64,000 nucleotides of DNA from an uncultured Chloroflexia bacterium (GTDB lineage Bacteria > Chloroflexota > Limnocylindria > Limnocylindrales > CSP1-4), in contig CAWEZH010000002.1 of NCBI GenBank assembly GCA_963813535.1, forward strand, positions 576,001 to 640,000, read 5' to 3'. The translations under genes were made by a program, and so were the position numbers. Shown here in pieces: positions 19,417-28,506 of the stretch (position 1 is its first letter; each line of letters begins with the position of its first letter). Under the pieces are notes generated by a model that was not told the origin of the DNA, searched no databases, and was given only the letters and a program-made list of their open reading frames with translations.

Positions 19417-19812
19417 TCAGTCCGCTGACGACGTCGGGCGCATCCGGAGGAAGTCCGTGACACCGATGAGCCAGAGGAACTGGCGCACGGGGAACGGCAT
19501 CATGCGGCGGCTCGGATCGTGGATCAGCTCCGGATCTCGCAACGCGACCACCCGGCCGCGTGTCTCGAGCCGACAGCCGCCGGCCGCCAGCACGTTCTTG
19601 ACCCAATCGACGTCACGACCATAGGTCAAGGCCATGACCCACCGATCCTCCACGCGGAACACGTTCATCGGCACGCGACGGATCACACCCGATCGCCGGC
19701 CCGGGACGACGATGATGCCGAACCACGGCAGATGTCCGGCGACGAGCCGCGTCAGCGGGTTCACGACACGGGTCGTGAACGGCCGCATGAACGCCAGGCG
19801 CGTGCCGCTCAC
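19417..19812 (-). CDS. Deazaflavin (F420)-dependent nitroreductase family protein
   Basis: GRRSG..RRVP, ALTYG and DWVKNVLAAG motifs. Confidence 0.8.
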   Translation of the reverse strand: MSGTRLAFMRPFTTRVVNPLTRLVAGHLPWFGIIVVPGRRSGVIRRVPMNVFRVEDRWVMALTYGRDVDWVKNVLAAGGCRLETRGRVVALRDPELIHDPSRRMMPFPVRQFLWLIGVTDFLRMRPTSSAD

Positions 19813-19847
19813 CGGGTGGACCGTTCGGTGGCTGCCATACTCGGTGC

Positions 19848-20294
19848 ATGCAATTCAAGACCACGCTGGAGTCGGCTGGCAAGACGGCCACGGGATTTCG
19901 CGTCCCGCCCGACGTCGTCGCCTCGCTCGGCAAGGGCAGGCGCCCACCCGTCGTCGTGACGATCAACGGCTACTCGTATCGCAACACGGTGGCGGTGTAC
20001 GGTGACGAATACCTCATCGGGGTGGCCGCCGAGCACCGAGCGGGGGCCGGCGTGAACGCCGGCGACGAGCTGGACGTCGACCTCGAGCTCGACACGGCAC
20101 CGCGCGAGGTCGACGTGCCCGAGGACTTCGCCGCAGCCCTCCAGGCAGCGCCCGACGCACAGCGGTTCTTCGAGTCGCTGTCCTACAGCAACAAGCGCCG
20201 GATCACGCTGTCGATCGAGGACGCCAAGGCCCCCGAGACGCGCCAGCGCCGGATCGCCACATCGGTCGAGCGCCTCAGCGCCGGCCGAACCTGA
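19848..20294 (+). CDS. DUF1905 + YdeI/OmpD-associated domain protein
   Basis: RPPVVVTINGYSYR, PREVDVPEDF, FESLSYS and AKAPETRQRRI. Confidence 0.85.
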   Translation: MQFKTTLESAGKTATGFRVPPDVVASLGKGRRPPVVVTINGYSYRNTVAVYGDEYLIGVAAEHRAGAGVNAGDELDVDLELDTAPREVDVPEDFAAALQAAPDAQRFFESLSYSNKRRITLSIEDAKAPETRQRRIATSVERLSAGRT

Positions 20295-20332
20295 CCCCGA
20301 GCCCGGCGCCGCGATGGCGGCCGCGCCGTCGA

Positions 20333-20710
20333 TCAGGCCGGCTGGTTTCGCATCACCCACGACTCCCTGGCGAGCAGGAGCGCGACGAGCAGGATCAGGA
20401 AGCCATTGACCGGGTGCAGCGCAGCGATCGATGGATTCGATGTCCGCATGGCGACGAACATTGACTGCAGGATGACGAGCACGAACAGGACGATCGCCAT
20501 GATCGCCGCACGCCGACCCATCCGTCCGACGAGGCCAAGCACCAGGAGCACGATCGGTAGCAGACCGAGCGTGTAGCCGAGGTCGCGATGCGGGGCGAAG
20601 CCAGTCGTTGGGTCGAAGACCCCGCGTCCCGCCAGCCACACCTGGACGACGAGGCCGACGACGACCAGCCAGGCCACGACGGCATGCAGTGTTCGCGCGA
20701 CGGACCGCAT
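20333..20710 (-). CDS. Four-TM membrane protein (DUF6220-like)
   Basis: QVWLAG, H, LQ and ALHPVNG pattern; SD GGAGG before ATG 20710. Confidence 0.7.
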   Translation of the reverse strand: MRSVARTLHAVVAWLVVVGLVVQVWLAGRGVFDPTTGFAPHRDLGYTLGLLPIVLLVLGLVGRMGRRAAIMAIVLFVLVILQSMFVAMRTSNPSIAALHPVNGFLILLVALLLARESWVMRNQPA

Positions 20711-20744
20711 CAGCGCCCTCCCTCCGGATCCCTCGAGCGACAGG

Positions 20745-21423
20745 TTAGGGCTTGGGCGTACGCAGGAGAAGGTGCCAGTACGCCCAACCATCCTCCTGGT
20801 CCCGTGCCTCGTCGATCAGCGTGAGACCTTCGTCGGCCACCCACGCGAGCACCCGGTCGCGGCCCGGGTAGTAGTGGTAGCCGGCGACGTCGCCTTCGAT
20901 CACCTCGCCACGCACGGCCGGCAGGCCTCGCTCCGTGTTGGAGCGCCACGCCTCCTCGATCTCGGCGTCGTCGATCTCCTCGACCGTCACGTAGAGGTGG
21001 CCACCCGGCCGAACGGCGCGCCGCAGGACGCGGAGCACGATGGGCCAGTCCTCGGGCGGGATGTTCTCCATCGCGTCGACGGTCATCGCCGCGTCGAAGT
21101 CGGCGTCGAACGTCATCTCCTGGAGCCCGACCCGATCGAGTCGCTCGGCCAGTCCCTTCCGTCGCGCCTGCTCGAGCATGCCGGCTGACTGGTCGATGCC
21201 GACGACCCGCCGACCGGCTTCGCGGATGCGCGCGAAGTACTGCCCGGTGCCGCACGGCGCGTCGAGCACGAGGCCGTCCTCCGGGCACGTCGCCGTCAGT
21301 CGATCCACGAATGCCCCGTGCGATGTGGTCGCGTACGGCTGGGCGTCGTACTCCGGCGCTTCGGCGTCGTACTGCGCCGTCACCGCCGTCCCGCCGCTCT
21401 CTGAGCCACGCGGTCCGGTCCAT
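20745..21423 (-). pseudogene. Class I SAM-dependent methyltransferase with an apparent +1 frameshift near 21391
   Basis: VLDAPCGTG, GIDQSAGML and RPGG; N-terminus MDRTAWLRERR (ATG 21423, -10 TATGCT upstream) is one base out of frame. Confidence 0.75.
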
Positions 21424-21451
21424 GAGCGGAGCATACCGATAGGCTGTCGTG

Positions 21452-21982
21452 GTGGAGCTCGTGCCGTACGCCGACGCCGACCAGTGGCTGACATACGCAC
21501 TGGAGACGGATGCGCGCGTGATGGCCGAGCTCGGCGGGCCATGGCCAGCCGACGCGATCCCCAGGATCCACGAACGGCGATTGGCGAGCATCGAACGGGG
21601 CACGTGGTGGTTCACGCTCGTGCCGTCGCGTGGAGCGACGCCGGTCGGCATGCTCGGGATCTTCGGGTCGGAGTTCCATGGCCAGGCGATCAGCGAGGTG
21701 GGCTGGTCGGTGCTATCCGAGCACCAGGGACATGGCTACGCGACTGCCGGCCTGGCGATCCTTCTCGACCGCGCGCTCGCCGATGGGCGCTGGGGCGCGA
21801 TCCACGCCTTCCCGGGAGCGACGAACGTCGCGTCCAACGCCCTGTGCCGCAAGTTCGGCTTCGAGCTGAAGGGGGAGGAGACGATCGATTACGGGGGACG
21901 GGCGCTCCGCTGCAACCACTGGGTCCTGGACCCATCCGAGGGCACCGCGATGGCCGATGCCGAGATGGCCACGCAACCCTAG
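21452..21982 (+). CDS. GNAT acetyltransferase (RimJ/RimL-like)
   Basis: EVGW, HQGHGYAT and NVASNALCRKFGF. Confidence 0.88.
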   Translation: MELVPYADADQWLTYALETDARVMAELGGPWPADAIPRIHERRLASIERGTWWFTLVPSRGATPVGMLGIFGSEFHGQAISEVGWSVLSEHQGHGYATAGLAILLDRALADGRWGAIHAFPGATNVASNALCRKFGFELKGEETIDYGGRALRCNHWVLDPSEGTAMADAEMATQP

Positions 21983-22057
21983 AGCGACCCCATTCGCACA
22001 GACATCGTCGTTCCGTGGCATCGTTGCGATAGCAACGACCTGCCAGGAGCACCGACG

Positions 22058-22498
22058 ATGACCGATGTCTCGAACTTCGAGGACCAGCTGATCTCCGAGA
22101 TGCGCGCCCATGGAGGCGAGGTGACGGCTGGGCCGCTCGCCGGCCATCCGCTGCTGATCATGACCCACACAGGGGCCCGCTCGGGCGCTGAGCGGCGCGC
22201 CATCCTGACCTACCACCGCGACGGCGATGACTACATCGTCGCGGCCACGGCCGGCGGTTCGCGGACCGATCCTGCGTGGCTCCACAACCTGGAAGCCGAT
22301 CCCGACGTCAACGTCGAGGTCGGGAACCGCCGCTTCGACGCGACCACGTCCATCGTCGAGGGCGCGGATCGCGACCGCCTGTGGGACGACCACGTCCGGG
22401 CCCTGCCGTGGTTCGCCGACTACCCCGCCCAGACCGGTCGGGTGATCCCGATCGTGCGCATCACGCCGTCCGAGACCCGCACCGCCGACCGGGGTTGA
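22058..22498 (+). CDS. F420H2-dependent quinone/nitroreductase (Ddn family)
   Basis: GARSGAERR, PAWLHNLEADP, F.DY...T.RVIP. Confidence 0.88.
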   Translation: MTDVSNFEDQLISEMRAHGGEVTAGPLAGHPLLIMTHTGARSGAERRAILTYHRDGDDYIVAATAGGSRTDPAWLHNLEADPDVNVEVGNRRFDATTSIVEGADRDRLWDDHVRALPWFADYPAQTGRVIPIVRITPSETRTADRG

Positions 22499-22526
22499 CA
22501 AGGCTACTCTATAACCATATGGTTAT
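22495..22526 (+). promoter_or_regulatory. Promoter with a perfect 16-bp palindromic operator (ArsR autorepression site)
   Basis: TTGACA(22495)-17 nt-TATGGT(22518); ATAACCATATGGTTAT (22511-22526) overlaps the -10 box. Confidence 0.8.
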
Positions 22527-22532
22527 GGAGCG

Positions 22533-22874
22533 ATGCCAGAACAGCTCGACGCCATCTTCGGTGCCCTCGCCGACCCGACCCGGCGCGCGATCCTCGCGCG
22601 GCTGGCGGAGGGCGACGCGAGCGTCTACGAGCTGACGGCACCGTTCGACGTTTCCCAACCGGCCATCTCGAAGCACCTCAAGGTGCTCGAGTCTGCCGGA
22701 CTCATCTCGCGGACCCGCAGGGCCACAGCGCGGCTCAGCCATCTGGAGGCGGATCCCCTCCGGGAGGCGACCGAGTGGCTCGTCGACTATCGCGAGTACT
22801 GGGAAGAGAGCCATGCACGTCTGGACGCGCTGCTTGCTGCGCTCCAGGTCGACCATCAGGAAAGGAACCCATGA
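22533..22874 (+). CDS. ArsR/SmtB family transcriptional regulator
   Basis: ALADPTRRAILARL and SQPAISKHLKVLE.AGLI. Confidence 0.93.
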   Translation: MPEQLDAIFGALADPTRRAILARLAEGDASVYELTAPFDVSQPAISKHLKVLESAGLISRTRRATARLSHLEADPLREATEWLVDYREYWEESHARLDALLAALQVDHQERNP

Positions 22875-23359
22875 TGTCCAAGACGCAGATCGATGCCCCG
22901 GCCGGCGTCCCCTTCCTCGACATCACCCGCGAGTTCGACGCCCCGCGCGACCTCGTGTTCAAGGCCTACACCGAGCCGGACCTGCTGGTCCAGTGGCTCG
23001 GCCCGCGCAAGTACACGATGACGATCGACGAGTACGAACCTCGCGATGGCGGACGGTGGCGCTACGTCCACTCGGACGACGACGGTAACGCGTGGGGTTT
23101 CCACGGCGTCTTCCACGGCGACCAGACGCCCGATGGCATGCTCCAGACCTTCGAGTTCGAAGGCGCGCCCGGTCACGTCTCGCTGGAGAAGCTCGTCCTC
23201 GAGGAGCGTGACGGGAAGACGATGGTGCGCAATCACGCCGTGTACCAGTCGATCGAGGCACGCGACGCCATGGTCGAGAGCGGCATGGAGGAGGGCATGA
23301 ACGACGGCTTCGATCGCCTCGACGACCTCCTGGCACGGCTCGCGACACCGGTCGCCTGA
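22871..23359 (+). CDS. SRPBCC/AHSA1 domain protein
   Basis: ITREFDAPRDLVFKAYT, QTFEFEG and SGMEEG; ATGA overlap with arsR. Confidence 0.9.
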   Translation: MMSKTQIDAPAGVPFLDITREFDAPRDLVFKAYTEPDLLVQWLGPRKYTMTIDEYEPRDGGRWRYVHSDDDGNAWGFHGVFHGDQTPDGMLQTFEFEGAPGHVSLEKLVLEERDGKTMVRNHAVYQSIEARDAMVESGMEEGMNDGFDRLDDLLARLATPVA

Positions 23360-23360
23360 C

Positions 23361-23756
23361 GTGGACTTCAAGCTCGAGCTCGTCCCGATCCCGGTGGCCG
23401 ACGTCGACCGGGCCAAGACCTTCTACAGCGACACGGTCGGCTTCGTCGTCGATGTCGACCACCAGCCGTCCGAGGAGTTCCGGATCGTCCAGCTGACGCC
23501 ACCCGGCTCCGGCTGCTCGATCATGGTCGGAAAGGGGGCCATCAAGACGACCCCTGGCTCCGTCCAGGGTCTGCAGCTCGTCGTGGAGGACATCGAGGCC
23601 GCCCACGCCGAGCTCGTCGCTCGCGGCCTCGACATCAGCCCGATCCGCCATTTCGAGGACGGCACGTGGATCGACGGCAAGGGCGGACGCTGGAATTCGT
23701 TCGCCTTCTTCGACGATCCCGATGGCAACGGATGGGCGCTACAGGAGCGTGGGTGA
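23361..23756 (+). CDS. VOC/glyoxalase family protein
   Basis: PVADVDRAKTFY, QLTPPGS and FDDPDGNGWALQE. Confidence 0.9.
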   Translation: MDFKLELVPIPVADVDRAKTFYSDTVGFVVDVDHQPSEEFRIVQLTPPGSGCSIMVGKGAIKTTPGSVQGLQLVVEDIEAAHAELVARGLDISPIRHFEDGTWIDGKGGRWNSFAFFDDPDGNGWALQERG

Positions 23757-24277
23757 TGACCGACCGACAACCCGTCGAGACGAAGAACCTGGATATCTAC
23801 GGCGACGCCGCGCTGCCCTGGAGCCGGCCACGCGGCGTGCTCGATGCGATCGACCCATCGGCGCACATCACCTGGTTCCTGGGGACGACGGGGGCCGATG
23901 GGCGACCGCACGCGGCCGGTGTGGGCGCGCTCTGGCACGATGGCGGCCTCTATTTCACGAGTGGCGACGGGACGCGGAAGTCCAGGCTTCTCGCCGAGAA
24001 CCCGCTCGCGTCCATCTCGGTCTCGCTCGAGGGCATCGACCTGGTCTTCGAAGGCACGGTGCAGCGCGTGACGGATCGCCCGACGCTGGATGCGGTCGTG
24101 AAGCGCTACAACGACGGCGGCTGGCCCGCGTCGGTCGAAGGCGAGGCCTTTACCGCGCCGTTCAGCGCCCCGAGCGCGGGACCACCGCCATGGCGGCTGT
24201 ACCGCCTGACGTTCGACAAGGTGATCGGCGTCGCCTCCGGTGAGCCGAACGGCGCCACGACCTGGCGATTCGCCTAG
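23756..24277 (+). CDS. Pyridoxamine 5'-phosphate oxidase-like (split-barrel) protein
   Basis: FLGT..ADGRPH, YFTSG.GTRKSR.L..NP. Confidence 0.82.
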   Translation: MTDRQPVETKNLDIYGDAALPWSRPRGVLDAIDPSAHITWFLGTTGADGRPHAAGVGALWHDGGLYFTSGDGTRKSRLLAENPLASISVSLEGIDLVFEGTVQRVTDRPTLDAVVKRYNDGGWPASVEGEAFTAPFSAPSAGPPPWRLYRLTFDKVIGVASGEPNGATTWRFA

Positions 24278-24287
24278 GACGACGACC

Positions 24288-24836
24288 ATCACCGAACCCA
24301 CCATCCGCCGCGTCCGGACCGAGGACCTGCGCCCACCGGAGATCTCGAGACTTCGGGAGCTCCTGTGGGCCGCGTTCCCTCCGGGGGACGAGGGGTTCAC
24401 CGAGGATGACTGGCACCATGCCATCGGCGGCATCCACGTCGTCCTGGAGCACGCGGGTCAGGTCCTGGCGCACGCATCTGTCGTCGAGCGGACGATCCAC
24501 GTCGGGGACCGACCGTTGCGCACCGGCTACGTCGAGGCCGTCGCCGCGGCACCTGAACGGCAGCGCCACGGCTTTGGCACGATGGTGATGGCGGAGGTCG
24601 GCGCGATCATCCGCGATGGATACGAGCTCGGAGCGCTGGGGACCGGCGTGCATCCCTTCTACGAGCGGCTGGGCTGGGTCACGTGGCGCGGACCCACCGC
24701 CCTCCAGACTGCCGACGGCATCCGTCGGACACCCGACGAGGACGGTTTCATCATGGTCCTGCCGACTCCGACGTCGCCGGCACTCGATCTGGACGCGCCG
24801 ATCAGCTGTGACTGGCGACCTGGCGACGTCTGGTAG
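24288..24836 (+). CDS. GNAT acetyltransferase, AAC(2')-I-like; start codon uncertain
   Basis: F..DDW.HA.GG.H, TGYVEAVA, FYERLGW..WRGP and CDWRPGDVW as in aminoglycoside 2'-N-acetyltransferases. Confidence 0.78.
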   Translation: MTEPTIRRVRTEDLRPPEISRLRELLWAAFPPGDEGFTEDDWHHAIGGIHVVLEHAGQVLAHASVVERTIHVGDRPLRTGYVEAVAAAPERQRHGFGTMVMAEVGAIIRDGYELGALGTGVHPFYERLGWVTWRGPTALQTADGIRRTPDEDGFIMVLPTPTSPALDLDAPISCDWRPGDVW

Positions 24837-24874
24837 GACCGACGCCGTGACACCGGCGGCGTAGGCTGCAAGAC

Positions 24875-25264
24875 ATGTTCGAGTCGCTCGACTACGTCTA
24901 CATGCCCAGTCGCGACGTCCCGGCCGACATGGCGTATTTCGCCGATGTCCTTGGTGGCCGCATCGTCTTTGCGATCGACGGGATGGGCGCCCGGGTGGCG
25001 ATGATCGACCTGACCGACGGACCGCCGCGCATCCTGCTGGCGGACCACCTCGAGGGCGACCGGCCGGTCCTCGTCTATCGGGTCGCCGACCTCGAAGCGG
25101 CCGCCGATGAGCTGCGCTCGCGTGGATGGGACGAGGGTCACGGTCTCGAGATCCCGCAGGGCCCCGTTCGGTCCTTCGCGGGACCCGGTGGCCACCGCCT
25201 GGCGATCTACGAGCGGTCGAGACCCGGTGTCGAGGGCAGCTTCGAGGGCCGTCGCGACTTCTAG
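24875..25264 (+). CDS. VOC family protein
   Basis: YRVADLEAA..ELRSRGW, EIPQGP, GHRLAIYE. Confidence 0.75.
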   Translation: MFESLDYVYMPSRDVPADMAYFADVLGGRIVFAIDGMGARVAMIDLTDGPPRILLADHLEGDRPVLVYRVADLEAAADELRSRGWDEGHGLEIPQGPVRSFAGPGGHRLAIYERSRPGVEGSFEGRRDF

Positions 25265-25265
25265 G

Positions 25266-26429
25266 TCAGGCGTCCCAGGCGACAGGTAGCGTCCGGGGCT
25301 TCCGGAACACGACGCCGGTCGGTGGCGTCGCGCCAACTTCCAGATGCAGGTCCGGCCAGCGATCCAGGGCCGCCTCGAGTGCCGACTGCGTCTCCAGCCG
25401 TGCGAGATGCAGTCCGACGCAGGCGTGCGGACCCTGCGCGAAGGCGAGATGCGACCGGGCGTTCCAGCGCCGGACATCGAACCGGTCCGGGTCCGGGTAC
25501 GTGGCCGGATCGCGGTTGGCCGCCGTCAGCGACACGATGACGAGGTCGCCACGCCGGATCGTCGCTCCACCGATCTCGACGTCGCTGGTCGCATACCGGT
25601 CCACGCGCCCGGCGGCCGGCTCGAGCCGAAGCGATTCCTCGACCGCGGTGGCCGCCAGGGACCGGTCGGCCAGCACGGCCGGGAGGGCCCCGTCGGTCGT
25701 CAGCAGGTGCCAGAACAGGGAGGTCGTCATGCCTTCGCTGGTCTCGATGCCGCCGAACATCATCACCGCGGTGTTCGAGACGATCTCGCGTCGGGCCAGC
25801 GTGGCGGTGGCATCCGCAAGCACTCCTTCTCCATGGTCGATCGTCCCGCCGACGTGCCGGTCGAGGGCGGCGACGGCCTCGGGCGCCCGGTCACCGATCT
25901 CGCCACCTGCCGATACCCGGTCGACAGCTGCGACGATCTCGTCGTACCAGCCAAGCACGACCCCGGGCTCGACGTCGAGGAGGTCCAGCGCGGCCGCCAC
26001 GACACGTACGGCCAATGGGCCGGCGACATCGCGGCGGATCTCCGCTCGACCGCTGGGTCGAAGGTCGTTGACGAGCGCAAGCGCCTCCTCGCGGACTCGA
26101 TCGCCAAATCGTTCCATCACTTGCGGACGGCGGAACGCTGCGGCGAACGGGTCGCGGTGGCGGCGATGCTCATCGCCGTCCAGCGAGAGCATGCTCGGGC
26201 CGACCACCTGCGCGGTCGAGAAGCGTGGATCGTCGACGGTGAACCGCGCCGCGTCGCGCATCACCTCGATGCACAGGTCTCGGCGCGTCACCAACCATCC
26301 GTCGAGGACGGGTATCCAGGCGACAGGCTCGCGCTCGCGGAGCATTGCGAGGGTCGGATAGGGGTCCGCGTCGAGCTCTGCGAGCGTGATCGCCGCGCCG
26401 AGGCCGCCACGTTCACCGATCGTCGCCAT
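25266..26429 (-). CDS. Cytochrome P450
   Basis: GGIETS I-helix, EESLR (ExxR), ANRDP and heme motif FAQGPHACVG. Confidence 0.95.
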   Translation of the reverse strand: MATIGERGGLGAAITLAELDADPYPTLAMLREREPVAWIPVLDGWLVTRRDLCIEVMRDAARFTVDDPRFSTAQVVGPSMLSLDGDEHRRHRDPFAAAFRRPQVMERFGDRVREEALALVNDLRPSGRAEIRRDVAGPLAVRVVAAALDLLDVEPGVVLGWYDEIVAAVDRVSAGGEIGDRAPEAVAALDRHVGGTIDHGEGVLADATATLARREIVSNTAVMMFGGIETSEGMTTSLFWHLLTTDGALPAVLADRSLAATAVEESLRLEPAAGRVDRYATSDVEIGGATIRRGDLVIVSLTAANRDPATYPDPDRFDVRRWNARSHLAFAQGPHACVGLHLARLETQSALEAALDRWPDLHLEVGATPPTGVVFRKPRTLPVAWDA

Positions 26430-26505
26430 CCCGGTCAATGTACGCCCGGGCACGATCGACCTGCAGTCGGGAACCGACATTGCAAAAGCGTCGTACCTTT
26501 GTGCG

Positions 26506-27222
26506 ATGAGATCGGTGCGTGCGCAACGGTTCGGCGCCCTGCTGCTGGCAGGCGTGCTCGCGCTGGCCATCGCTCCGACAGCGGCTGCCCGGTCGTCGTT
26601 CGACCTCGATCTCGGGCGCCGGGGCGATTACGTCGCCCAGACGAACCTCGTCCAATGCGTCGGGGCGAGCATGCAGATGATGCTCAACATGATGCAGTCC
26701 CGGAATGATCGGACCGCCACGACGCAGCTCCGTCTCCAACGACTTGCGCGCAGCTTGAGCGGACCCAACCGTCAGGGGCGCCAGCGGCAAGGCGCGAGCG
26801 TCCGCGGCTGGGCCGCCGGTCTCACGCTCCTCGGTGCGGGTCCGTACAAGGTCGTCGGGTCGGACACGATCGGCGAGGCACTCCTCACGGCGGCTCGAGC
26901 GATGCGCACGACGGGCAAGCCGGTCGGCCTGCTCGTGTGGCGTGGCCGGCACGCGTGGGTGATGAGCGGCTTCAGGGCCGACCGGGATCCGCTGGTGCGA
27001 GGCGCCAGGATCACGGCCGCCATCGTCGAGGATCCGCTCCACCCGTACGGCGGCTCGAGCGTCTGGGGACGCAGCCCGAGCCCCGGGAAGCTCCTGTCGG
27101 TCTCGGCCCTCGGCCGCCAGTTCGTTCGGCGCCGTCAGTCGTCGCAGAACCCGATCCTGTCGGGCAAGTATGTGATCGTGATGCCGTTCGACATCGATCA
27201 GCGGATGCTTCGGCTCCAGTAA
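26506..27222 (+). CDS. Secreted protein with papain-like (C39-like) peptidase motifs
   Basis: Signal peptide; Q-x5-C (QTNLVQCVGASMQM), HAWVMSG, EDP. Confidence 0.6.
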   Translation: MRSVRAQRFGALLLAGVLALAIAPTAAARSSFDLDLGRRGDYVAQTNLVQCVGASMQMMLNMMQSRNDRTATTQLRLQRLARSLSGPNRQGRQRQGASVRGWAAGLTLLGAGPYKVVGSDTIGEALLTAARAMRTTGKPVGLLVWRGRHAWVMSGFRADRDPLVRGARITAAIVEDPLHPYGGSSVWGRSPSPGKLLSVSALGRQFVRRRQSSQNPILSGKYVIVMPFDIDQRMLRLQ

Positions 27223-27224
27223 CG

Positions 27225-27473
27225 ATGGGGTTCCTGCGTCGGCTCCTGGGCGGCGGACCGCAGGACGCAGACCCGGCGCCGCCCTCCGTGACCGACACAG
27301 GAGCGGTCGACGCAGAGGAGCGGGCACGCGACCTCGAGCTCCTGCGCGACGAGCAGGCTCGACTCGATGAGCTGACGCGCCGCCAGTTGCGCTACGCCGA
27401 TCACGCCTGGCAGCCGCCTGCCCAGGGCGGCGAACGGCGTGCGGACGACGCCGACGACGGCGCCGGGGGCTAG
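27225..27473 (+). CDS. Small hypothetical protein
   Basis: MGFLRRLLGG amphipathic N-terminus; starts 2 nt after the previous stop. Confidence 0.6.
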   Translation: MGFLRRLLGGGPQDADPAPPSVTDTGAVDAEERARDLELLRDEQARLDELTRRQLRYADHAWQPPAQGGERRADDADDGAGG

Positions 27474-27826
27474 ATCAGCCCGCTGCGACGGTCGATCCGC
27501 TGCAACAGCTCGTGGGCGGCGAGCTCGACCTCCTTATGGCGCCACTCCGCCGCGCGAAAGTGGCACGCGATGATGCCCGAGCGGTGGATGCGCCGGAAGT
27601 CCCCGAAGACGAACCCGTAGCGCGCCTTGGTCTCGTCCGTCGCTCCGACGGTCAGTCCGAGATGCCACTCTGCGTACTCGTCCCACGCATGGCGGGCGAG
27701 ATACGCGTTCTCGTCATCGGCGCTCGGCTGGGACTCGCCCCAATCGCTGTCGAGGACGTATTGACGGGCGTCGATCAGTCGTTCGGCCCGCGCGACCGCG
27801 CGGTCGTTCACCGTGTATCTCGCCAT
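27470..27826 (-). CDS. Conserved-looking hypothetical protein
   Basis: Protein-like composition (WHLGL, RYGFVFGDFRRIHRSG); high GC3. Confidence 0.75.
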   Translation of the reverse strand: MARYTVNDRAVARAERLIDARQYVLDSDWGESQPSADDENAYLARHAWDEYAEWHLGLTVGATDETKARYGFVFGDFRRIHRSGIIACHFRAAEWRHKEVELAAHELLQRIDRRSGLI

Positions 27827-27867
27827 CGACGACGAGTATGACCGTCTCGTCCGGCTACCATCGCCAC

Positions 27868-28506
27868 GTGGAGATCCCGATCCTGCCCGAGTCGATCGCC
27901 GGGCTACCCGTGCCCCAGGACGATGTTTCGCGATCCACCTGGCGATGGGCGCACACGGCGCTGCCGCGCTACCTCCGCTCCCATTCGATCCGCTCGTATT
28001 GCTGGGGCGCCGCGATCGGGGCGTGGGAGGGCTGGACCGTCGACTCGCGGGTCCTGTGGTGCGCCGCCCTGTTCCACGACGTCGGGCTGACGCGCATCCC
28101 GCGCAACACGATGTGCTTCGAGGTGGAGGGTGCGGAACTGGCTCGAAGGTTCCTGGAGGGACGGGGGATGGATCCGGCGACTGCGGACCGGGCCGCGATC
28201 GCGATCATCCTCCACATGCAGCCGGGCGTGACGCTGGACGACGGCGTGGAAGCCGTCCTGCTCGACCGGGCAACGTCGCTCGATGTCCGCGGCGTCGACG
28301 TGGGGCTCGTCGATCGCGTCCGAGGTACGGTCATGCGCAAGTACCCGCGCGGGGCGTTCGATCGGCTCTTCGTGCGCGCCATCGGCCGGGAGGTCGACCT
28401 TCGTGGCGACTGCCAGAGCGCCCGACTCCTGCGCGATACCGACCTCGCCGGCTGGATGGCGCGGTCGCCATGGGCGAACGACGAACCCGAGGCGGCCAGC
28501 TCATGA
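27868..28506 (+). CDS. HD-domain protein (cyanamide hydratase-like)
   Basis: HSIRSY, ALFHDVGL, FEVEGA and AIILHM. Confidence 0.85.
   Translation: MEIPILPESIAGLPVPQDDVSRSTWRWAHTALPRYLRSHSIRSYCWGAAIGAWEGWTVDSRVLWCAALFHDVGLTRIPRNTMCFEVEGAELARRFLEGRGMDPATADRAAIAIILHMQPGVTLDDGVEAVLLDRATSLDVRGVDVGLVDRVRGTVMRKYPRGAFDRLFVRAIGREVDLRGDCQSARLLRDTDLAGWMARSPWANDEPEAASS

Noticed and set aside
27813-28502. N-terminal extension of the 638-aa hydrolase ORF
   Set aside because: Overlaps the HD-domain gene in another frame; the true start is the ATGA-coupled ATG 28503
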